A stretch of DNA of 64,000 bases from a virus. The stretch is taken from IMG/VR virus record IMGVR_UViG_3300032053_000043, positions 11,104 to 75,103 of that record. One strand, written 5' to 3'. The notes under the pieces are model-generated. The model ran no database searches. It was not told the origin of the DNA and worked only from the letters and a program-made list of their open reading frames with translations. Below are positions 34,926-43,465 of this stretch, piece by piece (the stretch's first letter is position 1; every line of letters starts with the position of its first letter). The translations under genes were made by a program, and so were the position numbers.

Positions 34926-36610
34926 TAGTTCACTCCCACCGAGTAAGGCTTCCCCATTTCCTGCAGACGTTGTCTATTAGACGCCATCCATGCAGGCATA
35001 AATTTAGAATAGGCAAAGCTTTTCAACACTTGTGGCGCGTAAGCCAACGCATCGAGGATGTCGCAGAACCTTCCCTTTGGGAACGTCGTGTATTCCCCAA
35101 TGAAATCCCCTTGATGCCTCTGGCACCAGAAACGTCCTTCTTCAAAGATTGGTTGTAAGACGGTAAGAATGCGTGATTCCTTACGGCGTGTGATAGTTCC
35201 GTCCGGCCCTTCGACTTCGCCCTTGAGCGGGATTATCTTCAGATAACGATTCGCTTGTCGATTGCGATAGTCGATATGATAAGCAACAAACCGCTGTGCA
35301 GCGACCGTTTCAACGCCAAGTTTACGAATGTTCCACTTATCAGCAAGCTCATAAATCTTACCGAAGTAATCGTCGTAAGGCGCAGCATTTGCCCAACAAT
35401 CTAGCAAGTAATAATGGTCGTCGTCGCTTAATCCCAATACGACCACGGAGTGGCGGCAACGCCCCAAACCAGCGTTGCCGGCGTGCGCTGGATCGGTAAC
35501 CTCAGCTAATCCGAGATGTGTAATCTCAATGTCTCTACGAACGCTACCATCGTAGACCTCGTGTTGGACAACGAGACGACCGTCTGGTTTGGTAAAGAGT
35601 TTGAAGTGACGCAGCCACTCAGGATGGAAAGCCGCGTTCTCAGGGGCAGCGGGGTTATTAAGGAACTGCGCGGAGAAGTTGTAACTACCAAGTTTCCTCC
35701 GAATTCGTTCGAGCTTCTCGACAGAGAACATTTCCGGAAAGATCGGCGTATCCGGAGGATGTTCTGGGCAACAGCCGCCCAAGGCGCTATGCGAACTTAT
35801 TCTGAACCAAGGTTCGTGTTCACGAAGGAAGGTATTCAGATCGTGGTAAGACCACCGATTGCCAACGACAAGTTCATCGTTTTCGTGGATTGCATCTTGC
35901 GACTCAAAGGCACCAACGACAAGTCGATGGTAGTCTACTGTCTTATCCATCACCGATTGCGACTCAACGGCTTTGCGGCCCACTAAATCATCCTGGACGA
36001 TCCGTATGTAGTGCCTACTTTGCAAGGCGGAGCCCACGCCGATGAAATCGAATGTTCCTTCGCCGTGTGAAGCTCCGCCCTGTGGTCGACGGCAATGCAA
36101 GGAGAAGTTGGTCCAAGTTTCTGTGGTAGTAGGAAGAGTTTCAGGAAAAAGGGCCCGATAAACGGAGTTCGACTCAAAATGGCGGCGCGTCCTAGAACCA
36201 AGCATCGCTGCGTTAGTAATCGTCTCACTAACAAGGAGAGTTCGCGTTGCCGAATCATGGACGCGCCGCATGAAGGCAAGGAACTCCGCGGAGTAACCAA
36301 GTTTACTTAACAAGTCGGCGTCGGAATTGCCAAAGGGCAAAGCCCACCACATCGGAAGAGCTTCGCTACAAATGGTCGTCTTAAAATGGTCCCGTGGCAA
36401 TTCGTAAAGGTCTTTGAGATGGGAACGCTCAAAAGAAAGACAAACAGGAAGGTGCAAACGGGGAGTAAGATGATTACGGCGAAGCGCGACTTTTGCGAAG
36501 TAGTATAAACTACCAAGCGAATTTATTCGGTGTGTTAGCAGTTTCGCTTCGGCAGAAGACGATTCTTCGATGGGAATTAGTCTAAAACGTTCTGCTAACG
36601 TATCTGCCAT
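34925..36610 (-). CDS. terL: Terminase large subunit
   Basis: LPRDHFKTT Walker A, IVQDDLV Walker B, VGNRW, VTDPA and DILDALAY RNase H-like acidic motifs. Confidence 0.93.
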   Translation of the reverse strand: MADTLAERFRLIPIEESSSAEAKLLTHRINSLGSLYYFAKVALRRNHLTPRLHLPVCLSFERSHLKDLYELPRDHFKTTICSEALPMWWALPFGNSDADLLSKLGYSAEFLAFMRRVHDSATRTLLVSETITNAAMLGSRTRRHFESNSVYRALFPETLPTTTETWTNFSLHCRRPQGGASHGEGTFDFIGVGSALQSRHYIRIVQDDLVGRKAVESQSVMDKTVDYHRLVVGAFESQDAIHENDELVVGNRWSYHDLNTFLREHEPWFRISSHSALGGCCPEHPPDTPIFPEMFSVEKLERIRRKLGSYNFSAQFLNNPAAPENAAFHPEWLRHFKLFTKPDGRLVVQHEVYDGSVRRDIEITHLGLAEVTDPAHAGNAGLGRCRHSVVVLGLSDDDHYYLLDCWANAAPYDDYFGKIYELADKWNIRKLGVETVAAQRFVAYHIDYRNRQANRYLKIIPLKGEVEGPDGTITRRKESRILTVLQPIFEEGRFWCQRHQGDFIGEYTTFPKGRFCDILDALAYAPQVLKSFAYSKFMPAWMASNRQRLQEMGKPYSVGVN

Positions 36611-36700
36611 TTCGTTTTATGGCAGGAGTCAGGATGCACGGCCCGACCCCTATTTCGCCCCCGTACAGGCTCATTCTGTACCATCTGCAGTAGTACAGAG

Positions 36701-37201
36701 TTAGTTCGGTTTACCGCTAGGTCCTATCGGCCCTGCAATTACTTCAGCTACAATAGCATCCGCTTCGCGGCCAAGGTTTGCGAGTAACTCACCCGGAACG
36801 TGTGGAGAATCCGGCGACAGACGAATCGCGTCTTTTACAAAGACCCTCTTCGGATCTCTGTCGAGAATTTCCTTGGCTGCTTCAAGCCTTGCTTTTAAAT
36901 CACGTTTCTGTAAGACTCCGTCCACGAGTGCCCTCATTGCCGCAGGAACCGCTACCGCGAAGTGTGCCCGAAGCGCATCGGTTCGACTTGCGAGAATGCC
37001 GTCGAGCTTTGAAATTACGCCAGTAAACTCCGCCTCTTCTTCAAGTTTATACTCCGGCAGTGCTACTATTCTACTAAGACAGCTTTGCGTTAAGCCAAGT
37101 CCCCGCATGATTTGTTGGTCTTTGATTCCTTGGCAACGCAAGCGTGCTATCTGCGCAATTTTCAGACGAACTTTCGTGTGGAATTTGAACTTTGGAACCA
37201 A
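36701..37201 (-). CDS. Putative terminase small subunit
   Basis: N-terminal HTH, R..AA.EILDR helix; immediately upstream of terL. Confidence 0.65.
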   Translation of the reverse strand: MVPKFKFHTKVRLKIAQIARLRCQGIKDQQIMRGLGLTQSCLSRIVALPEYKLEEEAEFTGVISKLDGILASRTDALRAHFAVAVPAAMRALVDGVLQKRDLKARLEAAKEILDRDPKRVFVKDAIRLSPDSPHVPGELLANLGREADAIVAEVIAGPIGPSGKPN

Positions 37202-37321
37202 TTCAGAATCCTCAAAGCTCGGCTAGATAAACCACTGGTTACGTAGTAAGTGTCTCATTGAAGCGGGCTTTGTGTCAAGGAAACTTTTTTTGTAAGTTCA
37301 ATTGAATCAATCGTTTACGAC

Positions 37322-37351
37322 TTGACAGTGAATGCTTTATACAAGTAAAAT
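37322..37351 (+). promoter_or_regulatory. Sigma70-type promoter (probably leaderless for HTH gene)
   Basis: TTGACA-18-TAAAAT; GTG start 5 nt downstream. Confidence 0.65.
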
Positions 37352-37356
37352 ATCAA

Positions 37357-37620
37357 GTGATGCTCTGCCCACTCTGCGAAGGCTCTGGCGAACTGCACTC
37401 AAGCCAAACAGTAACTCCGAAAGAGGCCGGCTTTATTCTAAAATTGAACATGCCTTCTATCTACCAATATATAAGACGTGGAAAACTGTATGCAGAGCGT
37501 CTTAGTTCCAACGGTCGCCTTACGATTACCAAAGCTTCGCTTATGGAATTTATGGGACTTAGGAAACGAAGCGCGAAGCAAAAAGTATCAACGAAGTTAA
37601 CACTTTCGCAAGGAGCGTAG
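37357..37620 (+). CDS. Excisionase-like/HTH_17 DNA-binding protein
   Basis: TPKEAG.IL......IY..IRRGKL.A.R; N-terminal CPLC.G.G. Confidence 0.8.
   Translation: MMLCPLCEGSGELHSSQTVTPKEAGFILKLNMPSIYQYIRRGKLYAERLSSNGRLTITKASLMEFMGLRKRSAKQKVSTKLTLSQGA
37583..37605. promoter_or_regulatory. Palindromic operator-like motif
   Basis: AAGTATCAAC-GAA-GTTAACACTT; related copies at 20810, 29989, 39612, 42081, 59718. Confidence 0.7.
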
Positions 37621-37622
37621 AC

Positions 37623-38006
37623 GTGCGTAACTTACTTTGTACCGCTGCGGTGCTTATGGCAGTAGCTATTGCCGTAGGCGCCATCGACGAGGAGACAAAA
37701 GACATGAAACCCATCCAACTCACTAGTGAGGAAAGAATCACCGCTGAAGCCCTTGCACTAAGAGTGCGTACCGCTGAGCAAGAACTTGCCTTATTGGAAC
37801 AACGTCACGCAGTTGTTTTACAACAACTCCCGTTTCTCCGTCAGAAGCGTGATGGTTACGCCAACGAAGTTCTCGCAGAGCACAAAGCTCTCAAAGGAAG
37901 CACAATAAACTGGACCGACGGAGTTATTATTCCTCCAACGCCAGAGGCAAAGCCTCCAAAGACGGAGCCCGCGAGCGCGAAGAAAGATGAATCCAAAACG
38001 AAGTAA
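37623..38006 (+). CDS. Small exported coiled-coil protein
   Basis: AAGGAG RBS; signal-like MRNLLCTAAVLMAVAIAVGA; coiled coil; Pro/Lys tail. Confidence 0.65.
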   Translation: MRNLLCTAAVLMAVAIAVGAIDEETKDMKPIQLTSEERITAEALALRVRTAEQELALLEQRHAVVLQQLPFLRQKRDGYANEVLAEHKALKGSTINWTDGVIIPPTPEAKPPKTEPASAKKDESKTK

Positions 38007-38223
38007 CAAAGTTATTTTCATCGACTGCGAAGGTATCCACGAAATGCAAGCCGATGCGAACCGTTTACTTAGTATGCGCCTTGATAACATACCACAATTC
38101 CCCTACAAACGTAAGCGAAGCTTCCATCCTTTCTTCTCCCGTTTCCTCTTCTACCCCCTTTTAGTTTTCCTCTCCATAACACTCTCCTTATTCCTCGTCC
38201 GGCTTTGCCAAAGATACTTCTGA
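37987..38223 (+). CDS. Hypothetical protein with C-terminal TM
   Basis: 78-aa ORF with hydrophobic end. Confidence 0.4.
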   Translation: MNPKRSNKVIFIDCEGIHEMQADANRLLSMRLDNIPQFPYKRKRSFHPFFSRFLFYPLLVFLSITLSLFLVRLCQRYF

Positions 38224-38554
38224 TTCTGCCAAAGGTACTCGTAGAGACTCTGATTTTTTCCTGGAAAAATTGTTTAGAGGGCCAATAGGGTTAAGGTTTA
38301 GATTGTAGGTTTAGGGCCTACGCCCTCCAGTACCTTCGCAGTCAATGGCGAAGTAGTAAATAGCACACTACTTGTAGAGCCAAGCTAGACTGAAGCTGCG
38401 CGGCTGACTTGTCTGTACCACCGTACAGGTCCACAAAGCCGAGCAGCGGCTCACTTTGACAATTCGATTAGGACTGAGCAAACGCTAGTCTCCCGTATGA
38501 GCGGGCGCGCGCGCAAGCGCGAATCTAAACGCAAGCTCATGAACGGGGGATGAC

Positions 38555-38869
38555 ATGACTGAAGTAATCAAAAGCAACGGGTCCATCGAACTTACAGGTA
38601 AGAGTGCCGATGCGCTGCATGAGTACTGCGACATTGCACTAGACGAAACGGGCAAGCCCGCGAATCCTGCAATCGTTGCAAACCTCGCGCTTCGCAAGGG
38701 CCTGAAAGCAAACGCAAGCTACCTCAAGACAATGACCAGAAACGGGCTCGCCGACACACTACGCAAGCTACGCGTCAACGGGGCCGGCGAAGACGTTTGC
38801 AACCGGGCACAGGACCTCTGCTTTGAGAAAATGGACCGGCTGGACGCCTACATCAAGTCCGTTGAATAA
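38555..38869 (+). CDS. Hypothetical early protein
   Basis: GGGGGA RBS, 104 aa. Confidence 0.6.
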   Translation: MTEVIKSNGSIELTGKSADALHEYCDIALDETGKPANPAIVANLALRKGLKANASYLKTMTRNGLADTLRKLRVNGAGEDVCNRAQDLCFEKMDRLDAYIKSVE

Positions 38870-38957
38870 CGGGTGTCCAATGCGCTGACAAGTCTCAGAG
38901 ACTTCGCCCGCGCATACGGGGGATTAGCGAAGCTTCAAAGAAAGGGGGATGTGAAAC

Positions 38958-39350
38958 ATGCCGAGATTCGATTCGAACGAATCTCGCCTAAACCGTACTA
39001 TCGACCGCGGACGCGGGCGTGACATAGATTCTCTATTCACGCCTTTTAAGTCCCGACGCATACCAACACAATCGCCTAACGATTCGTTACCGAAACGTGA
39101 ATATCCGTTAGGAAGTGGGTATGTCAAGGGTCTTCCCAAAGAATGCAAGCATTGTGGATACACGCAAGTGCATTGCAAGTGTGGAGCATTCGTTTGGGAT
39201 ACACCACAAACGCCCGCGGGTCGGAGAGTGCGAAACGGCGAGATCGTCACCGACAGTTTGCTACTTGCAAAGTTCATGTGTATACACGCAGTGCCGTATG
39301 TTTTCAACGGCACGAAGTATGGATGTAAACGGTGTAATCCACGTTCGTGA
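38958..39350 (+). CDS. Hypothetical Cys-rich protein
   Basis: AGGGGGA RBS; CKHC, C.C, C.H, CKRC. Confidence 0.5.
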   Translation: MPRFDSNESRLNRTIDRGRGRDIDSLFTPFKSRRIPTQSPNDSLPKREYPLGSGYVKGLPKECKHCGYTQVHCKCGAFVWDTPQTPAGRRVRNGEIVTDSLLLAKFMCIHAVPYVFNGTKYGCKRCNPRS

Positions 39351-39369
39351 ACACCAACACGGAACGTGA

Positions 39370-39395
39370 TGTGTGTGTGTGTGTGTGTGTGTGTG
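39370..39395. repeat. (TG)13 microsatellite
   Basis: Perfect dinucleotide run. Confidence 0.95.
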
Positions 39396-39600
39396 CGTTT
39401 TATGTGTTTACGCGCGTGCTTCCACGTTCCACGTCAGTCGCACGTGACGTTTCGTGTGTCTACGAATTGACACGTTTAACTTCGTTTTGGCGTTTTAAGT
39501 CTTTGGCAAATTCGTTGCGTCTTGGTGTCTTATTATTATAATCCTATCCATCTATGATATATATATTTTTTAATAGGGACAGAATCCAGAGCAAGGCATA

Positions 39601-39645
39601 GCCTTTGGCTAAAGTATTAACTTAGTTGACACTTTTGCCAAAGGC
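39601..39645. repeat. 45-bp imperfect palindrome containing operator motif
   Basis: GCCTTTGGC-T-AAAGTATTAAC-TTA-GTTGACACTTT-T-GCCAAAGGC. Confidence 0.85.
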
Positions 39646-39783
39646 AACACTGTTGCGTTTCGCAATCTTCGATGAAGCACGGGTGGGTAGTGTGTAACGT
39701 GGAAACACAGCTACACGTGTAAAGCACACAGAGCACACAGCACAGAGTATTTTATAACTTCTTTGTTTTCAGTAGTTTGCAAC

Positions 39784-39812
39784 TTGACAACACTTCGCAC
39801 ACACAGTACACT
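39784..39812 (+). promoter_or_regulatory. Sigma70-type promoter
   Basis: TTGACA-17-TACACT, then AAGGAG RBS. Confidence 0.75.
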
Positions 39813-39842
39813 CATAAATGAAGGCAACAAAGGAGTGTAACT

Positions 39843-40268
39843 TTGGACCAAGAACTTTGCACTTGCAGACGACCCGTTTCAATTCGGCATTGTCCCAACT
39901 GCGGAAGCACAAACGCCTACGCAAGACACTCAAGTTCAGTGATTCTGGAGAATCCACTTTCGCCAAGCGAACGTATAGTCTTAAGAGGATTCATGTGTCG
40001 TAGATGTGGTACTACGTACCACGAAGGTGAGGAATGCAAAGCGCCGAAGGCAACAAAGCCAACCGACACTGGCACAAGAGTAAGCCCAGATGTACCACTT
40101 GATAGACAAATGGGCCCACTTATAGCAAGAGCGTCGGACGTGGGCCGCAGGCGTATATTGGGATACCTAAATAAATATCCCTCCAACTTTACGGTCAAGG
40201 CGGTTCACGTAGACGAACACGGGGTGGTAACGATAGATGAATCCATACACGAAAAGGCTTCGCCATGA
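39843..40268 (+). CDS. Zinc-ribbon protein
   Basis: CPNCGS...CRRCG; AAGGAG RBS with TTG start. Confidence 0.65.
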   Translation: MDQELCTCRRPVSIRHCPNCGSTNAYARHSSSVILENPLSPSERIVLRGFMCRRCGTTYHEGEECKAPKATKPTDTGTRVSPDVPLDRQMGPLIARASDVGRRRILGYLNKYPSNFTVKAVHVDEHGVVTIDESIHEKASP

Positions 40269-40360
40269 TTGTATCAATTGCAATTGGCATTGTACTAGCG
40301 TACGTTGTACTTTGTGTCTTGGGATTAGTCTTTGAACTAATCGTAGATTGGTTGTCCTAA
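40265..40360 (+). CDS. 31-aa membrane peptide
   Basis: ATGA overlap; MIVSIAIGIVLAYVVLCVLGLVFELIVDWLS. Confidence 0.45.
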   Translation: MIVSIAIGIVLAYVVLCVLGLVFELIVDWLS

Positions 40361-40369
40361 CGGACGTTG

Positions 40370-40520
40370 CGTTCTGGGTTGGAAGATTAGAACACTCCGT
40401 TCGGCGTTTACACCGTAGCGACCGATCCTAGCATATGCGGAGAGAACGGTACTTCCAGCCCAGAACGGAGCGTCCTTCCTGATGGTACGAGTCGGTTCGA
40501 TTCCGACTGAGGATGCTCCA
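40370..40520 (+). ncRNA. Putative structured ncRNA with tRNA-like acceptor/T-arm module
   Basis: 16-bp stem 40370-85/40452-67; stem 40467-76/40510-19 enclosing T-arm AGTCGG-TTCGATT-CCGACT. Confidence 0.55.
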
Positions 40521-40542
40521 CACAAAGATGAAAGGGGGACGT

Positions 40543-40776
40543 ATGCACACAGAGACCTACACAACAAGAAAGGGCCGTACACTGTTCCGGCCCGTCCTCT
40601 CCGAAGAGGAAATAGGAGCGGCGGTAATGGGAAGCAACGACGACGGCTTCTGCCTTGCCTGCGGCGCGTTTGGGCAGCAAGTGGAACCCGATGCCCGCCG
40701 CTACACTTGTGACTGCTGCGGTGAGCCGAAGGTGTTCGGAATACCCGAACTGTTGATAATGGGTATTGTACAATGA
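40543..40776 (+). CDS. Small zinc-finger protein
   Basis: GFCLACG...VEPDAR.Y.C..CG. Confidence 0.7.
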   Translation: MHTETYTTRKGRTLFRPVLSEEEIGAAVMGSNDDGFCLACGAFGQQVEPDARRYTCDCCGEPKVFGIPELLIMGIVQ

Positions 40777-41048
40777 CGAAAACCAAGTATGCCAAAGCAC
40801 AAGCCGCAAAGCAGCGTTTGCTTGCGGAAGCGAAACTTCGTTCCGAACGGCAGCGGAAGCTTTCGCTGGAAGTACACCGCAGGTTGCACGCAATCGACGA
40901 ACTCGCTAACGCGGTACAAATTCCAATCTTCAAAGATTGGGTCAACACGGAACTTCGTGAAGAGCGTGCCGCGAAGCGCAATACGTTTCGGATTTGGCGC
41001 AAAGCGCAAGCTCAAAAGACGATCCTCGTTTCGAAGGAGCAAAGCTAA
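40773..41048 (+). CDS. Hypothetical basic protein
   Basis: ATGA-coupled, 91 aa. Confidence 0.5.
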   Translation: MTKTKYAKAQAAKQRLLAEAKLRSERQRKLSLEVHRRLHAIDELANAVQIPIFKDWVNTELREERAAKRNTFRIWRKAQAQKTILVSKEQS

Positions 41049-41251
41049 TGGCAACCGCCACACAACCCGTATACTCCGTATACGTTCCCAACGACGCCGT
41101 GCGGATGCACTTGCGTTTGGCGATTTCGCACATTACGGAGTATCTAGGAAAGCTACCACAACCCAGATCGCCTAACGATCTGTTTCACCTTGAGTTACTC
41201 GGAACGGCGCTGACGCTGTTATATAAAGCGGGGGAAGGAGCTTCGTTATGA
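41048..41251 (+). CDS. Hypothetical protein
   Basis: AAGGAG RBS, TAATG coupling. Confidence 0.55.
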   Translation: MATATQPVYSVYVPNDAVRMHLRLAISHITEYLGKLPQPRSPNDLFHLELLGTALTLLYKAGEGASL

Positions 41252-41412
41252 AAACCTTCGTTGTAACAACGAAAGTTTTGGTGTCCGCGGAGACGCCGGA
41301 AGCGGCAAAAGAGATAGGCGAGTTTTTCCTGTTCAAAAACTGGCGCCGCGACACCGACAAAGAAGACGGAGAGTTACTCTCCATACACGTAGAAGAAAGG
41401 TTCAACGAATGA
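41248..41412 (+). CDS. Hypothetical protein (54 aa)
   Basis: AAGGAG RBS; V.AET.EAA motif. Confidence 0.5.
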   Translation: MKTFVVTTKVLVSAETPEAAKEIGEFFLFKNWRRDTDKEDGELLSIHVEERFNE

Positions 41413-41603
41413 CGAAGAAAGACTATAAAGCATTCGCAAAAGCGATCGCCGAAGTATGGAAGAAAGCGGATAGCGAGAACTGTCTTTTAGGCGTGTATTT
41501 CTGGTTGTTGGTAGCGAAGATTAAATGTATCTTCGCCAAAGATAATCCAGACTTCAATGGCTTCGACTTCGATCAGGAAGTCGATAGAAAACGATTGGGG
41601 TAA
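41409..41603 (+). CDS. Hypothetical protein
   Basis: MTKKDY...A..I...F..DNP.F motif seen in small phage proteins. Confidence 0.6.
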   Translation: MTKKDYKAFAKAIAEVWKKADSENCLLGVYFWLLVAKIKCIFAKDNPDFNGFDFDQEVDRKRLG

Positions 41604-41737
41604 CATGAGAATCATCCTACGATCCTCGCCCAAAACCATCGAACGATGGAAGTTCATCGTCGAAGTCACGGGCCTTTGGGCTTGTTGGTTTTTAGTCTTG
41701 TGGTACGGAATATCCAAAGGATGGAAGGAGTAACAAA

Positions 41738-42052
41738 GTGGCAAGCGCACAATTTCCGCGTTGCAGTTCGTGTAGACTTCCTGAACATTTCAAGAATGTG
41801 TTCATCCTCGATCCGCGAGGCGTGGGGGGACATGGCTGGTTACTCATCAACACGCAAAAACCGGGTCCCCGTTCGGGTTTCAACGCAGTTGAAGCCACTT
41901 CGCTTTCGGAAGCGTTGGAGTGTATGAAAGTAGTACACTTTTTTACAACGGAAGTAAAAGAGAAAGCCGCGTGGGCGGCGCTGAAGAAGTTCATTACTTC
42001 CAAAGCGAAGCATCCACGTAACTGGAGACAAAAGCTTGGATGGAAGGAGTAG
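41738..42052 (+). CDS. Hypothetical protein
   Basis: AAGGAG RBS, GTG start. Confidence 0.5.
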   Translation: MASAQFPRCSSCRLPEHFKNVFILDPRGVGGHGWLLINTQKPGPRSGFNAVEATSLSEALECMKVVHFFTTEVKEKAAWAALKKFITSKAKHPRNWRQKLGWKE

Positions 42053-42080
42053 CTTCGCTGGCAAACATGAACTAATACGA

Positions 42081-42103
42081 AAGTATTAACTTTGTTGATA
42101 CTT
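42081..42103. promoter_or_regulatory. Palindromic operator-like motif
   Basis: AAGTATTAAC-TTT-GTTGATACTT, intergenic. Confidence 0.7.
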
Positions 42104-42261
42104 TCGCAAAGCGATAAGGCAAATTATGAAACAACGTCACCACGCCGCTGGCTACGTTTACCAACCCCGCAAGAGCGACGATCCCACGCGGGTCCAATGG
42201 CTCATTGCCAAGCAACTCCGTAGAATTGCCAAGCGCGAACGCGCCAGAAAGGAAACTGAAC

Positions 42262-42447
42262 ATGAAACCAAAGTGCAAATTGACCGGCGTTGATGGAAAC
42301 GTTTTCGCTATTATCGGACAAGTTCGCAGTGTACTAAGAAAGGCCGGGCAACAGGATAAGGCCGCGGAGTTCTGCAAACGTGCCTTGATGTCTGATTCCT
42401 ACGACGCCGTGCTGCGACTTTGCTTCGACTACGTAGATGTTTCGTAA
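42262..42447 (+). CDS. Conserved small phage protein
   Basis: L.G.DGN.FAIIG.V...LR.AG...SY..VL pattern. Confidence 0.7.
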   Translation: MKPKCKLTGVDGNVFAIIGQVRSVLRKAGQQDKAAEFCKRALMSDSYDAVLRLCFDYVDVS

Positions 42448-42475
42448 CTCGTTGAAAACAAAGGAGTTCACTCGC

Positions 42476-42504
42476 TTGACAGCTTTCGCTTTCTGTGCTA
42501 CACT
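42476..42504 (+). promoter_or_regulatory. Sigma70-type promoter
   Basis: TTGACA-17-TACACT with TGn extended -10. Confidence 0.75.
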
Positions 42505-42630
42505 TCCATCATGGCGCGCGACCGGGGGCTTCCAAGTACATTCTCACAAACATCCGCTTCCTTCCCCGGTCGCAGGATGCGAGTGTCTTTAGTACTAGAG
42601 GCCCTCGGTCAGGTTTGGTAAGGAGTTTCA

Positions 42631-42864
42631 ATGAGCGCCCTTTCGCAAATAGCCGATATGCTGGAGCGTCAGAGGCTCGAACAGAGTTCCCTTCCGAAGG
42701 AATACTCGGTTCAAGTAACGCTGTTTGAATACCAAGGCCGTTGTCCAAAAGCAATTTGGACTATTTCTTCGGTGTTAGGTGGGCTTGAGGACGCCAAAGC
42801 ACTCTTTGAGTGCACGAAAGATACTCTAAGAAAGCGCGCGGAAACCGTCGAAATCGACTCGTAA
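42631..42864 (+). CDS. Hypothetical protein
   Basis: TAAGGAG RBS. Confidence 0.55.
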   Translation: MSALSQIADMLERQRLEQSSLPKEYSVQVTLFEYQGRCPKAIWTISSVLGGLEDAKALFECTKDTLRKRAETVEIDS

Positions 42865-42910
42865 GAGCCTGCAAACAAAAGAGTTACTAACATGCAAAGC
42901 ATGTCTGTCC

Positions 42911-42938
42911 TTGACAGGGCAGTAAAAAGTGCTATAAT
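42911..42938 (+). promoter_or_regulatory. Near-consensus sigma70 promoter
   Basis: TTGACA-16-TATAAT with TGn extended -10. Confidence 0.8.
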
Positions 42939-42994
42939 GAAATTGCAATGGGCGCACGCCGCCCAAATTCACAGAATAGTAGAGGAGAGTCCAT

Positions 42995-43459
42995 ATGCAA
43001 AGCGTTCTCGAAACGGTCTATGGAATCAAAGCCGTAGATTCCAAAGGCAAGGAGAAAATCGACGTTATCTCCGAGAAGAAGTACGAGACTCTGATGTCCG
43101 AAAGGACCGAAGGCGAACCCGAACCAGACATTTCTGCAATCCAATGCTTCAAGCGTTACCTCATCGAAACGCTGGAAGACTTCGTCAACCTTGTTCCGGA
43201 TGTTGCGGAACAACTCAATATAATCAACCGTACGGTGGGTATCAAGGAGACGGACGCGATGCGCGACCTACTCCGCACCGCCGGATTCCAGGGAACCGAA
43301 AGCGTTTACGACTTGGCGCCGGCTATTGCGGCAAAGTCCGAAGGACGCAAAGCGGCATCGCCACTGGAAGCTACACTTCGTTCGGCGGGAAAGCTCTCCG
43401 GCGAAGACATTGCAAAGCTTCTGGTGCTGTTGCAGGAGAGGCTCCAGGCTACTTCGTAA
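42995..43459 (+). CDS. Hypothetical protein, likely highly expressed
   Basis: GAGGAG RBS behind consensus promoter. Confidence 0.7.
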   Translation: MQSVLETVYGIKAVDSKGKEKIDVISEKKYETLMSERTEGEPEPDISAIQCFKRYLIETLEDFVNLVPDVAEQLNIINRTVGIKETDAMRDLLRTAGFQGTESVYDLAPAIAAKSEGRKAASPLEATLRSAGKLSGEDIAKLLVLLQERLQATS

Positions 43460-43465
43460 CGAAGT

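Noticed and set aside
36611-36700. Hammerhead ribozyme between terS and terL
   Set aside because: Minus strand has ..GAATGAG..CGAAA but lacks the CUGANGA core and convincing flanking stems
38285-38315. Telomere-like TTAGGG repeats
   Set aside because: Only a few degenerate units; no protelomerase or terminal context
39612-39634. Palindromes as parS or dif sites
   Set aside because: 10-3-10 geometry and sequence match neither canonical parS nor 11-6-11 dif
40467-40520. Canonical tRNA gene
   Set aside because: Only 54 nt with no room for D and anticodon arms; kept as tRNA-like ncRNA
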